Shown piece by piece: positions 45,992 through 58,562 of a DNA stretch of 64,000 bases. Made by a program: the position numbers and the translations under genes. The first letter of the stretch is position 1. Each line of letters begins with the position of its first letter. The DNA comes from Paraphysomonas bandaiensis (lineage: Eukaryota > Protista > Chrysophyceae). Location of the stretch: the NCBI GenBank assembly GCA_965644295.1, contig CBFFRP010000419.1, positions 62,001-126,000 on the forward strand, written 5' to 3'. The notes beneath the pieces were generated by a model that had not been told where the DNA came from, did not search any database, and saw only the letters and a list, made by a program, of their open reading frames with translations.

Positions 45992-46417
45992 ACTAATAAA
46001 AAGTATTGTCAGATTGCGATCCTTATGTCTGACCATGAAACATTTTGGACAGTGATGAAGCTATCGTGTGGTGTAGATTAGATAGCGTTGTTAGTATAGT
46101 GGCGAGCTCGTTTGTAGCTACTGCGGACTTTAATGTCAGAGATTTAGTTTGTAGCTATTCCATCAATTCTACTATTTTTTGGACCCAAATTTCCCAATAT
46201 TTTAAAATTGGGGAATTGGATTTGTCTAGAAATCTTAGAAATGTTAGAATGTTAGAATGAATAGAATATATATAATTGATAGAAAAGATATATAATATAT
46301 AAGAATAAGTGATAGCCCATTTAATAATTTAGAATTTTATGACTCCACCAATAAGATGTAGTTTCGAAGAAACGGAATCTAAATTACTTAGCCATGGCTG
46401 TCTGGCGCTCGGGGGGG
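45992..46417 (-). repeat. Right TIR of the PLV (ends GGCGCTCGGGGGGG)
   Basis: Reverse complement of 29584-30009, followed by the TSD CTTGT. Confidence 0.95.
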
Positions 46418-46782
46418 CTTGTTGAAGTCAAGCATTGTGCTAATATGTTAATGTAATCGTGCGGTATCGAAGTTCCAGTTTTGTCACGTAGTAGACATTT
46501 CATTTGAATTAGACATTCTACATGAAGAGTCAAAAACTTCCTGCTACTTTCGTTTTGATTAATTTAAAATTATATATATGACTATTGGACAACTCTTGGT
46601 AGTTTGCTTAAATCACAATACGACAGACGTATCAATGTGTCAATTATTTGATGTTTGTTTCCATTTACTACGAAAAAATGCTACTAGGTCCGATACAGAG
46701 TAGATGTTAACGCCGCGAAAAGTATTATCAGAGCTAAGAAGTCACATTATTTTAACAATCACCGTGGACAAGAAATAGATTA

Positions 46783-48091
46783 TTACACATTCGATTCACC
46801 AAATTCTTCACTATACTTCCATGATTTCAACAATTCCGCTACAAATAAAGTTGTACTTACAGGAAGCACAACACTCATGATATTTGGCCCCATTCCCCTG
46901 TATCATGAACTCAAGTTATTGCGTAATAAAAAAATGATATACTGTCAAATACACAAACTACACAAGGGTGCAAGCATTGTCTATATATGTCATGCAAACT
47001 ACAAAAACTACATCTCAAACAAGCATATCTCCACGAACCTACAAAAGAAGAGAAGTCCATAGCTTGAATACAACGATTTCATAGCTTTCAGTGGCGACAC
47101 CTGTCGTATCATACACCTATTCCGGTAATCATTAGTTCACCAACGTATTTTCGCAAAAATATAACAAAGTCCTGCTTACTCTGTGTGCACTGCGTCAATA
47201 GGGTTCGTGACCATAGCCCCAATCAGAGATGCTGCAACACTCTTTGCAGCTGTCACGGCGGTAGGGGATATATCAGTTGGAACTAGTGGTAAAATTCTCT
47301 CTTCTATGGTGTCCAGAGCACATATAATGGCCACGTATTTGGGAACAGTGCGAATGATCCCTGCAGTCAAAGAATATAAAAACCACGTCAACACATATTG
47401 TACATAAAGTATCAACAACACAGCTGTTTCTTCTTTTTAAACAACACAACACAAACAAGTCATAAAGATGGTAGATTGCGTCACCTGGAATACAACCAGT
47501 GAATATTCCGCGGTAACCATGTCGCTTAATTAAACTATCCACATAATCTAACACAGTCTTCTCTTGTGTCTGTGGATTCTGTAGAATTTATTTAGAAAAC
47601 TACTTTAGATATTTGATATAATACCTGAAGTGCTATCGAGCCCATCACAAGTGGAATATTAACTATTTGAACTACGGTACTAACGACTAACGGGGGAACA
47701 ACAGAAACAGCAATACCATCAATCTTGTTTTGTTTCAAAAATTGTTTCCCTATAAAAAATATTAATACAAACACATTTTCATATAACAAAACACACCAAT
47801 ATCAATGCCGTAAAATATGGTGCCTCGTGACCATGTCATTCCTGCCAATGTAGTAAATGTTCCATGAAACGGTGGCTTAATTGCAGCATTGTAATAACGG
47901 TAGAATATATTGGATCCTTTTATATCGGAGAATTGCAATGTTGTACTAGCTCGCCACTGTAAGAAATGATTTAGATGGTTATGATATGCAAGTTTATGCA
48001 ACTGTCAGTTGCTATGTATTACCAGTGGAAAATTTAATATTGCAGCAAATCCAGCTGCTGTAAAGTAGCAGTCGGCATCATCAGTTGACAT
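46783..48091 (-). CDS. Mitochondrial carrier family (SLC25-like) protein, multi-exon
   Basis: Spliced translation: MSTDDADCYFTAAGFAAILNFPL|WRAS..., TWSRGTIFYG, QIVNIPL, HGYRGIFTG, RTVPKY, GAMVTNPIDAV, RGMGPNIMSVVLP; three carrier-type repeats. Confidence 0.72.
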
Positions 48092-48572
48092 GAATGTGAT
48101 TGTGTTGTTAAACAATGCAATATTAGTGCAGGGTTTATATCTATGTAGTTATGGGATGAGTATGTGGCATGATATGCACAGTTGAGTGTATGTTTATATG
48201 TAGGGTGTGTATGTACTGCTGTACCATACATTAGACAGCTGCTGTGGTGGGACTGCTGTGTACAAGATGGTGGATGAGTCAGAGGATGTATGGTGCGAAG
48301 GTACTGTACAGTACCGTCCGATTGAGTGTGTATGTAAGTACTGCTGTATGTATGTATGCAGGTACGACGTAGGTGGTTTGGTACTGCTGTATATGTAGAC
48401 ACCAGATACATGTACTGCTGCATTGTACTCTAGGTACATAGGTACAAAAATATGCCTCTACAATGTATCACAGAGGTATGTACTGCTGTATGTACCTCAC
48501 ATATCTAACCTCTCATAATATCCATTAAACTCTCTCATATATATACACCCATTACATCTCTACACACCATCC

Positions 48573-49991
48573 ATGTATCGCCTAATAAAATACACTCAAT
48601 TAACCCTATTCAATCACCGTATTCATAGCAATCAATCAATCTTATATCTCTTATGTTTAACATCTTTTCTTATCGGTATCCCTCAAAACATCATGAGTCC
48701 CTCCTTATCATCCATAGCATATGATTTAGGATTCACTGAAAGGGAAAGAGATCTATATATTGGTAGTTATATGCAAGTGTGTTATGCAGTGGTCTCATTA
48801 CCCTTCAGTCTTATAGCTGGTGTGATGGCTGATCACTATCATCGTGTCACGTTGCTTATTATAATCACACATATTGGAGCATTAGCAATGATTGGATTTG
48901 GTATCTTTTCATCTTATCCTCTTATGCTTTTTCTACGTACTCTACAAGGCATTGTATATGGTGCATGTATTCCAGTTGTGTATTCCCTTATGAGCGACCT
49001 GTTCTCTGCTTCTAAGCGTGCTCGAATGTCAGCGTATTTAACTGTAGCTATGGGCGGAGGTACTCTCTTTGGACAGCTATTCGCTGGGTATATGGCACCT
49101 TTTATGAGCTGGCGCGCCTCTTTTGTATTGTTTGGAGTTTTGACGATGTTACAAGGTGTTGTTATCTGTCGCTCTGTACAAGAGCCAGTGAGAGGTGTTT
49201 TAGATACAGATAATACGGAGGAGGATACTGCTACATCTCTTATAGCGGACAGCTCATCTGCACCACCCATGTTCTCTCTAGCTGCAGTTATTGATATCCT
49301 TCACATGCTTCAGATTCCCACAGTTGCGTTGATGCTTCTCCAGGCTATCCCTAACAGTATCCCTTGGGGCTTGTTGTCTGTCCACATGCACGATTTCCTC
49401 ATAACGGAGGGAAAGATGGAGGTGTCAGCTGCAACCTCTCTCATTGCTATGTTTGGAGCAGGAGCAGCTATCGGAGGAGTTGGTGGAGGGGTGCTAGGTA
49501 CATATGTGTACACTATCAAGAAGATATATTTACCTCTGTTTATGGGCATCACACTGGTAGCCGCAGGATTTCTGATGCAAGTTGTGCTGTCTATGTGCAT
49601 TCACAACCCGGACTCTATGATGTTCATGAGCATGATCATACTTCTCGTAGGATCTCTAGCGGCTGTTAATGGATCCCTGAACCGTGCAGTGCTTCTCAAC
49701 GTAGCTACTCCATATACTCGAGGGGCAGCAGTTTCCACATTCACAGTTTTGATGTCGTTAGGTCGTGGAGTAGGTCCGGCTGCCCTTACTTCGCTCATGC
49801 ATTCACGAAATGTGAGTAGGCAAGTAGCGATGGAGAATCTTTTGTATCTGTGGGTATTTGCTGGCATTTTGTTACTAGGAATCAGCGCCTTCATCGTTAG
49901 AGATGAGGCTAATATGAGAGATGAAATACAGATAGGATCGACAGGGAGAAGTAAACGCGACGAGCCGATAGATGTTGAGAAAGTGTATTAA
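48573..49991 (+). CDS. Major facilitator superfamily transporter (spinster-like)
   Basis: About 12 hydrophobic helices; MFS motif A GVMADHYHR; SDLFSASKRA; WRASF. Confidence 0.88.
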   Translation: MYRLIKYTQLTLFNHRIHSNQSILYLLCLTSFLIGIPQNIMSPSLSSIAYDLGFTERERDLYIGSYMQVCYAVVSLPFSLIAGVMADHYHRVTLLIIITHIGALAMIGFGIFSSYPLMLFLRTLQGIVYGACIPVVYSLMSDLFSASKRARMSAYLTVAMGGGTLFGQLFAGYMAPFMSWRASFVLFGVLTMLQGVVICRSVQEPVRGVLDTDNTEEDTATSLIADSSSAPPMFSLAAVIDILHMLQIPTVALMLLQAIPNSIPWGLLSVHMHDFLITEGKMEVSAATSLIAMFGAGAAIGGVGGGVLGTYVYTIKKIYLPLFMGITLVAAGFLMQVVLSMCIHNPDSMMFMSMIILLVGSLAAVNGSLNRAVLLNVATPYTRGAAVSTFTVLMSLGRGVGPAALTSLMHSRNVSRQVAMENLLYLWVFAGILLLGISAFIVRDEANMRDEIQIGSTGRSKRDEPIDVEKVY

Positions 49992-50806
49992 ATGTTACGA
50001 TTTTTTTGTGATAAGGTGCTATTGTGTGTTACAATTCATTTATGAAGTGCTAGGTATAGATATACCAATCCACCGAGTTATTTGTTGTAATATCCAATAA
50101 TCCAAATTCCAAATGTACATGAACCTCACGGTGGATATATGTTCAACTATAGTGAAATCGATAGCGCGTTTTTCGCTGTTCTTGTTTATCAAATACAGTG
50201 TACTACAGTCTACAGTCATATTGAGAGATCAAATTTACTCACTAGTATTACCACCACTGTAATGCGTATAGTTAAGTTGTACGTTTCTATTGTCCATGAT
50301 GTATTACTCAGTTGTTCATAGTTAAGCAGCTTTCGTAGAGTAATATAATAGGATATCAGATTAAGCACTACGTAGTTAATTTGTTTTGCTACACTTGTTC
50401 TGACTCTTATACGCCTATTGCTAATAATAAGACATTCACTATTTCATAATATTATGATTTTACAATCCGTCCTAAGAGAATTAGCAATTACTCTGACATA
50501 TAATATTCAATCGAACACATTCCAGCGAAAAAGTTGCTCGAAAAGATTTCTACTGCAACAATTACGATTTAAACTTAAAATATTAGAACAACGTCATTAA
50601 GTACACTGCTTCACTTCTGTATAACAGTAGACTTCTCAAAAGATTTTATATATACGATGGCCACCTTAATTCCGAATGCAGCTATAATTTGTCAAATGTA
50701 AGGGCCATAACACTCATGAAAGCATACCGCAAATGCCAGCAATAAACAAAGTCTAAAAGGCAATACATAATATTCTACACATAAAGCACCAGTAAAAACA
50801 TGTACG

Positions 50807-51832
50807 TTACATCTTATTCGAGACTCGTACTGAACGGGTAGATTGGCTTTGCTTAAACTCCAGTAGGTATATCATTAACTTGTCAACCGTCGTAACTTTC
50901 CTGTCAGCAATTTCTGGAATAACTACTGTACGGAAGACAGTATAGGACAAACGCTTGCCGAAAAGAACTCCCTCAGAGTACGTTTTAGTGGATGGATTGA
51001 AATGAAGAGCCACTGCTTTCTGAAAAATATGTTTGGCGTCCTGTCGTGTGAAGTCCATCTTGTAAGTATCAAATGGCACAAGTTCGGTGTGCATACAAAA
51101 ATTCACCAAATCTTGCGACGACATATATCCATCAACACTAAACTTTGTAAACAATGCAAAACAGCAGCTTTCTTCTTCTTTCTTATCTGGAGCCCCAATA
51201 TCCGCAACTTTGTTCATTACATCATCCAACTTCACGCTCTTTAACCTCTGGACTACTTTTCGGTTGGCTGCACTTCTTCGACTAAGACCAGCTCGCCATA
51301 TCTTCTGTAGTTTTAAACAGGCATTATGTTCTTTGAGTTCTTGAGCAGTCATCTGTCTGATATCTGTTCGGATATTGCGCTCTCCGTTCTCATGCACTTG
51401 GCTCGGCTCAAAAGTAGAGAGTTTTTCAACTAACTGAGAAGGAGTGGACTCCTGTCGAAGTGCCATCTCCGGCAATACAGCAAACCTAAAACAATTATAA
51501 TTGAAAATAGTATTCTCTGATTTCTTTTCAAGATATAATGCTTCAGCATCTTTTCTTGTAAAATATTTTTTAGTCAACATTTTAGTATCGACACACAACT
51601 TCAGAAACTCGTCTTTGTCCATATGACCCGTACAGTATGATAAATACAGTGACAATATTTCTTTTTCAGCTTCATTTCCCATTATATATATAAATAAATC
51701 CCTATCAATGAGATCATTATGATCTTTAAGTGATTCTACTAACATGTCTTTGTATCGTATCTTATCAGCACATATCACACCAATATCAGATGGTGTTAAT
51801 TTAGCAGGCATTGTTGAAGCAGCTGAACCCAT
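50807..51832 (-). CDS. p25-alpha/TPPP-like repeat protein with an IQ motif
   Basis: MGSAAS start. Two p25-alpha-like blocks (MDKDEFLKLCVDTKML...DAEALY and MSSQDLVNFC...DAKHIFQK) flank the IQ-like LKLQKIWRAGLSRR. Confidence 0.6.
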   Translation of the reverse strand: MGSAASTMPAKLTPSDIGVICADKIRYKDMLVESLKDHNDLIDRDLFIYIMGNEAEKEILSLYLSYCTGHMDKDEFLKLCVDTKMLTKKYFTRKDAEALYLEKKSENTIFNYNCFRFAVLPEMALRQESTPSQLVEKLSTFEPSQVHENGERNIRTDIRQMTAQELKEHNACLKLQKIWRAGLSRRSAANRKVVQRLKSVKLDDVMNKVADIGAPDKKEEESCCFALFTKFSVDGYMSSQDLVNFCMHTELVPFDTYKMDFTRQDAKHIFQKAVALHFNPSTKTYSEGVLFGKRLSYTVFRTVVIPEIADRKVTTVDKLMIYLLEFKQSQSTRSVRVSNKM

Positions 51833-52900
51833 GATATTACTGTGTATTCTCACAGTTTATATAGTAAATTGAGATCTATATATTGATATTACTGCATGGT
51901 ATAAGTCAAGAGGTGCCGTTAACTGCATCTCTATCGAACTATAGACACGTACGATCTGCAAACCTTGACAATATGTAACGATAACTTGTACTTACCAATC
52001 AATATATTGTATATCGATATGATTGGAAGAGAATGCTCGGATATTCAACAACAAAAAAACGTATTTTTGTCAGACAAAATTGACGAAATTACATGACAAG
52101 CAGTATATATTATGATACATATTGGACAATTTTAACGTTTTTGTATTTTGTTAGATTTTTTGTGTAAAATTCTTGCTATTAAAGGTTTCTTATATGAATG
52201 TCATCATAGTATGGATTTTGTTCAGTGTATACGAATTGTAGAGTTGTAGTGTTGTCTTGTTTATGTTCTTCAAGTAGGAGTGATGATAGATAAATATGCT
52301 GAATTCAGGCACTTTGATTGTTGACAAGTTGGCATCTACTTAAAGTGTGTTTATCCACATATATACATAGCAGTGTATACAGTAAAATACAGCAGCGTAT
52401 ACAGCGGTATGTACACACTGAAACTGAAACGAATCATACATAAGAAAGTATACATGCAGAGTACATACAGTACATACATACACACACATATATGTACTGT
52501 ACCTATGTCATAGTAACGTATCCCTATAGACATATATGTACATACACATACATACACGCATACATATACAGCAGTACACACACACACATACTGTATACAT
52601 TATACATACAGTCCTAGAAGAGTAACGTATCCCTCTACATATACACACATACACATACACATACACGTCCACTCTATACATACACACACATACACATACA
52701 TAACAGTCCCAGAACACCTCTGTGTATATACACACCTCTTCATACATAACCCCCGAGCTAACTACATCTCAATATTGCCTTCAAGAGGATAGATTTCATT
52801 CCTCCCATATACCAGCATCTGTCCCATCCCTCCTCCTACCCCCCTCTATACATACTCATCAATAGAATAGAGTCATTGTCGTGATACATACATACTCACG

Positions 52901-55900
52901 ATGACTGACAATGATACACTGGATAATGAGGAATTAGCTGATGCGAACTACTCAGAGGTTACTGATAGTGTCGCATTCAGTTTGGTTGATGATTTACTTC
53001 GTACTAAAAAGGTTTGTATGTATATATATGTGTATATATAGTTATATATGTAACAATTGTGTAGATAACTAATGGAGAAGCGGAGTTTATGAGAGATCGT
53101 TATAGGAAACTATATGATATTGTTATGACATGTCGAAACAGAGATGCTGGATTATCAAAAAAGATTAGAGGTCTTACCAATGATATTTTAGCTGAGAAAA
53201 TTGCATTTGAAAAAGTTAAAGCGGAAGAGAATGAACAGATGAAGAATCTGCGGAAGCTTGAACAGGACAGAGATGCCGTACAGAAGGTGATATACATTCA
53301 TAATACGAACTATCTGTATATGTATTGTTGTAGTTCTGCTGTGATTTATATATTTATTTCAATGTTGGACTAATATATTTCGTTCCTTCGTCTTTAGGAC
53401 CTTGATTTCACCAGCCAGCGTGATGTTATGGCGAAATTCGAGTTGGCTGAATTTAAGAAGGTCCATGAGGAGCTCAATGAATCATTAGCTAGAATGAGAA
53501 AAGAAAATAGCGATCTTGTGGAACCGGTGTTGAACGGATTAAAGGAGCAGGTTTGTATTATATAACGTATCGTGACCGGCTAACGATTCTATAGATCGCC
53601 ACACTAAATGAGCAACTGCAAGAGTCTGAGGATATGGAGGAACGGGAAGTTAACCACAAGAAGAGTCTTCTAGAAAAGGTTAAGGAGTTGGAGAAGCAGA
53701 AGGAACAGCTTGCCGAGGAGAAAGCTTCTCTCTTGTCAGATCTGGAAAAGGCTCGCACAGAGCCGGATCGCCTTTCCAGACAGGCCGAGAGTATTGAAAA
53801 GGCGGCTAACGTATTTGAAGCGGAACTGAAAAATACTCAGAGAAAAATTAAACAGAGTGACAATGAATTGGAGAAGCAGGCCAAGAAGATCAAAGAATCT
53901 GAGCGTCTCAAGCTGAATCTCATAGAGAAGTTGGAATTTCATCGACAGACACTAGTCCAGCGTGAAAATGACTGTGCTGTAATCCGTAAGCAACTCGAGA
54001 ACGAGAAGGCTACCCATCACGACTTAGTGACCACAAAGTTTGACTTAGGTCTGAAATCGAAGGAAGCAGATAGCGATTTGCGTCATAAGAACGATCAGAT
54101 AAATTTCATTCGAAAGGAATACGATAGTCTTAAACGACAGTACAAAAAGAAACGTGGTATAGCGGATCAAGTACGTGCAATCATCCCTCAGTTAGAGGAG
54201 CAGACAGTTAACCAAGAGCACGTGATGAGGTCATATAAAGAGGAAAGCGACGCCTGCAAGAAAAAAATAAGCTCACAGAAGGATGAAGTTGATATAGCAG
54301 TTGCACAGTTGCTGCAACAGGAGAATATCGAGAAAAATCAAGCTGAGGTATGATTTCGTAGTCAACCAGTTTGTTGAACTTATTGTTGTACTCGTTTGGT
54401 TGATATGGGTTTTATACGTTCGTTATTACAATTTTCTTTCGTTGATTTTATGATTATATTATATGAATTTCAATTATCGAAATCTAATGTGCTTAATATT
54501 CCGCAGATTCTCGAAAAAACTATCAAGGAGGTAGATGAGCTTGAAGCAGATGTGGTCCGGTGGATGGCAGAAGAGAAACGTCAGGGAAAGCTGATTGCTG
54601 TCCTTTCGGCCCAGCGTGACATCAAGGCACGTGAAAGTGCTCGTGTAGAACAAAAGCAAAAGGATGCTAGGCAGCACGTACGAATGAAGGAATTAATTAT
54701 ATTAGATCTTACTAAACGTTGCAACGAGCTCTCTAATCGTCTGAAAGAGTTCTCAGCCTTGTATGAAGTAGTGAAGAATGAGCGGAATAAGTACGTGAAT
54801 TTGATACAGAGTAGCGCACAAGCTCTTGCAGAAATGAGAGAGAAGATTCGGATATTACATAATGAGGTGGGTTATTTACCGTAAACTTTGTAATGTGGCT
54901 GTATCTAAATGCCGTATTAGGCGGAAATCCTCCGGAATGAAAGCACGGCTAAGGACAAAGCGCTCGCTAAAGAACGCACTTCTCACCAAAATGCACAGAG
55001 CCAACGAGATGCCTTGCGTCAAGAGATGAATAAACTTCTCGCTGAGTATAGGCAGAAGCAGAGCGTAGTGGAGCAGCAGATCCAAGAAATTGATAAGCTC
55101 AATTTAGTCATCAATAATTTGGAGAAAGAAATGTTGGATTTGAAGTCTCGTTACGAGCGAGCTGTAGAAGAGAGAAACGTGACTGGTGTGCAGCTAATTG
55201 ATCGCAATGATGAGTTATGTATACTATACGAGCGGTCGAATCAACAACAAGAAGCCCTCAAAAAGGGTGAAATTCAGTTGCGCAAGAAAGAAGAAGAAGT
55301 GCGAATGACCAAACTGCAGCTGGACGAATTAATGCGACAGTACCATGCTGCGACTAAGCGGGTGCCTGAGATCGGAAAATGTCAAGCAAGGATAGCGGAG
55401 TTGGAAGAGATGTTAGTGCAAGAGCGGCAGCAAACAGATGCAATGAGTGCGAAACTGGAGGACCCAGGTAACACGGACCGCTGGCGGGCATTGGATGGCG
55501 AAGACGCGACGATTGAACAACTTATCTCAAAATCACGTGTACTGGAAGAACGGCTGGATGTGAAGCGCGAGCAGCTGTTAGAGAAAGAGCTCATATTAGA
55601 AGAGGTCACTTCACTTACAGAGAGGTTACGCAACCAGGCAGTTTCAAGGCGAGATAATTCCAAGAAGTTGGCTGATGAATTGAATTCTCTTCAAAGTCGC
55701 ATTAGAGACACCACGAAGAAAATGCTGGCGAGTGTCAGTGAACTATCAATGTATCAGGTATGATATATATATATGGAATGGGCTATTTGTATTGTAGATT
55801 ATTATCTTTGGATCTTTTTCTTCAGTCTGATATATACATGGTTTCATGCAAGTAATGTATTATATACACAGGCGACAGCACTTCGATTGCAACAAGAGAA

Positions 55901-56228
55901 GGTTGCACGAGAGAAGGTTCTGGAAGAGTCCAAGTGGCGGGTCGAGCGTGGTGAAGCTCCTTCAGAGGATGCTATAAAAGAATTTAATAGGGATGAAAGG
56001 CGGCGTTTACATGCTGCTGATACTGCAATGCGTCGAGAAGAGGAACTGCAAATGTCTTCAACTATGGGAGCTCTTAAGAGCAGCGCTGAGCCACGGCCAA
56101 CAGCCTACATACCAGATGATATTGGTATTCCTAAGCCATATGGCAATAGTGCACCATTTAAACCCACAGAAATGGGTAGCACAATGCGACACATACGGCA
56201 ACCAAACCCAAAACCAATTGAAATTTAA
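52901..56228 (+). CDS. CCDC146: Coiled-coil domain-containing protein 146 (MBO2-like flagellar protein), multi-exon
   Basis: LYEVVKNERNKYVNLIQ, GVQLIDRNDELCILYE, LEDP....RWR.L.G.D, and the characteristic C-terminus AEPRPTAYIPDDIGIPKPYG..APFKP...MRHIRQP.PKPIEI. Confidence 0.88.
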
Positions 56229-56773
56229 TTCCACTGGTGTTAGAGATACAGTTCGAGTGTGTCATTTCATTGTGGAATATGAGTTAGGTTTAAATGGATA
56301 TGTGGAACAATGTTACTATGTCATCGTGTGTAAAAATTTTTGTAATCATAATGATAGATATCACAAATTGTCACTGATAAAATATGATTCCACCTTCATT
56401 GTAATGTGCGCAATAATATTTCCGCTGATCAACATCGATTTCGAAAGGAGTGTAATAACCGTAAAGCAAGCTGTTTCAAGTTTTAAGATATATGTATTAA
56501 ATAATTTAAAAAGTAAAAACGGGTGGTCAATAAGGAGGAAGCAAGGCTATTAACTTTTAACCCTCGTCTTCTTGTTTGTCTAAGAGTATCGCTGGGTATT
56601 ATAAACACAAAACACAACAAAGAATTGAGAGCCATTTAAAGGTCTAGCCATAATAATTTCATCTTTCAACCCCAATATCATTATAATAAGCTCATTATCG
56701 TTGAATATCCAACAGTTTCGTAAATTAATTTACTATATGTATCTATTTTCTACTCCTATAACAGCAGTACAAA

Positions 56774-57926
56774 TTAATTCTTAGTTTGAGTTGCTTCCAA
56801 CAGGGCCGCTCTTCCAGTCGTACACACTACGCCGTTAGCTGCCATCTTCGCCAGTTCGTCTGCTCTATCATTTAACCGGTCTCCACTGTGCCCCTTGACA
56901 TGTTTAAACTCTAAATCTATACCTTCATCGAGCACTTGCTTGTACAGTTTCCTAATTCGGAGTATCAAGTCACGATTCATTCGACCATTAAACTCTCCAA
57001 TAACACTTTTTACTGCATATTCGCTATCGTAATACACAACCACTGGACATTTTTCAATCAGCGAAGAAAACTCCTGAGCCAAAGAACGGCGATTGAGTAT
57101 CCAGTGCATTGCTTCTCCAACAGCCGTTAGTTCAGCAGTGTTATTCGAACCTGTGTATTATAAGTTGTACGGTAAGATGCAATGTAGTTTAGTGGCATAA
57201 GTGTTGCATTATAGGTAAGATGCAAACAGGCCCAAAAAAAAACTACATGCATATCTCTCACCTACAGTATACTCATACATGCATAGCTCTCACCTACAGT
57301 ATACTCATACATGCATAACCCTCACCTACAGTATACTCATACATGCATAACTCTCACCTACAGTATACTCATACATGCATAGCTCTCACCTACAGTATAC
57401 TCATACATGCATAGCTCTCACCTACAGTATACTCATACATGCATAACCCTCACCTACAGTATACTCATACATGCATAGCTCTCACCTACAGTATACTCAT
57501 ACATGCATAGCTCTCACCTACAGTATACTCATACATGCATAACTCTCACCTACAGTATACTCATACATGCATAGCTCTCACCTACAGTATACTCATACAT
57601 GCATAGCTCTCACCTACAGTTGCTCCTAAGTATAACTGCGACTGTTTATTAAGTACAACAGGTCCAAATATCTCCTCTATAATCTCTTCATCAGGTAGAG
57701 TGGCTATCACTACTGACCATCCAGTTGGACATGCTTGTGACTTGACATTCTTATTTCCTATAGAAGAAGATAACGTTACTATGTCCTGTTTGTCCCAATA
57801 ATTCGTACCTAAGCATGACCCATCTGTGTATATAACAATAGAAGATGCACTATTGATTGTATGAGTAGAGAATGAGTGACGTAATGATGGTCGAATGAAG
57901 GTTGATATTACTTTGAATGCACGCAT
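56774..57926 (-). CDS. Ribonuclease H1, spliced, with a probable organellar targeting peptide
   Basis: IYTDGSC, SNNTAELTA, YYDSEYA and HVKGHSGDRLNDRADELA give the complete D-E-D-D set plus His. Confidence 0.88.
57255..57620. repeat. 32-bp minisatellite (~11.5 copies) at the start of an RNase H1 intron
   Basis: CCTACAGT recurs every 32 nt from 57261 to 57613 (12 times). Confidence 0.95.
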
Positions 57927-58562
57927 TGAGAGATATGTGTGGATAGGGTGGTAACTATGAAACTATTGGAGAGGTTTGCATATACATATACATGTACATG
58001 TACATACATAACAGCAGGACACACAGCAGTACTTTGTATATGGCTAGAGAGTACAGACAGAAATTGCATCTAAAATGTATCAATTTACACCTATTTTTAG
58101 TCTTGGAGGGGTATTTTCAACTAATTTCTATATTTTTACATTACGAGAATTGTTTTTTTTCAATATTTTCTACAAATTTCACTTTTCACTTAAAAAATTA
58201 GGACTTTTGCAATGAAAAAAACGATGACCACCCATATATCCCAATATCCTAGTACGGAGATACCGGTAGTGTACAATACTATTTCTGCGTATGTATATTT
58301 TTCTCCAAAGATGCCTCTAATATTGAGACAATAATTATCTGTATCCTAGCCGTAGTTGTATATTAGAAATGTGGAGTATTTATGCATCAATTTATTTCCG
58401 AAATAATAAGATGCTGACCTGCCGATACGTGGAAATGGTTCGGAAATTTCCTCATCTTGTCCCTCTACAGTGCGCTGCTGCAGTATGGCAGCCAACACAT
58501 AGAGAGAAGCATCATTATTATACACATATTAGCAGACTGAGAGAGAAGAGAAGATCAATAGA

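Larger units (their letters stand above)
29584..46417. mobile_element. Endogenous Polinton-like virus (integrated preplasmivirus), 16.8 kb, apparently complete
   Basis: 426-bp TIRs and a TSD. AT-rich, intronless, densely packed ORFs: rve integrase, SF3 helicase, pPolB, A32-type ATPase, minor and major jelly-roll capsid proteins. Confidence 0.95.

Noticed and set aside
29584-46417. Classification as a true virophage (Lavidaviridae) or a classical Maverick/Polinton
   Set aside because: No stand-alone cysteine protease, a PLV-type 471-aa MCP and non-AG termini; exact placement needs a phylogeny.
57255-57620. CRISPR-like array with a 32-bp period
   Set aside because: Units are contiguous near-identical repeats with no unique spacers; it lies in a eukaryotic intron and there are no cas genes.
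56774-57926. RNase H as part of a retrotransposon
   Set aside because: Spliced, has a targeting-peptide-like N-terminus, and has no adjacent RT, gag or LTRs.
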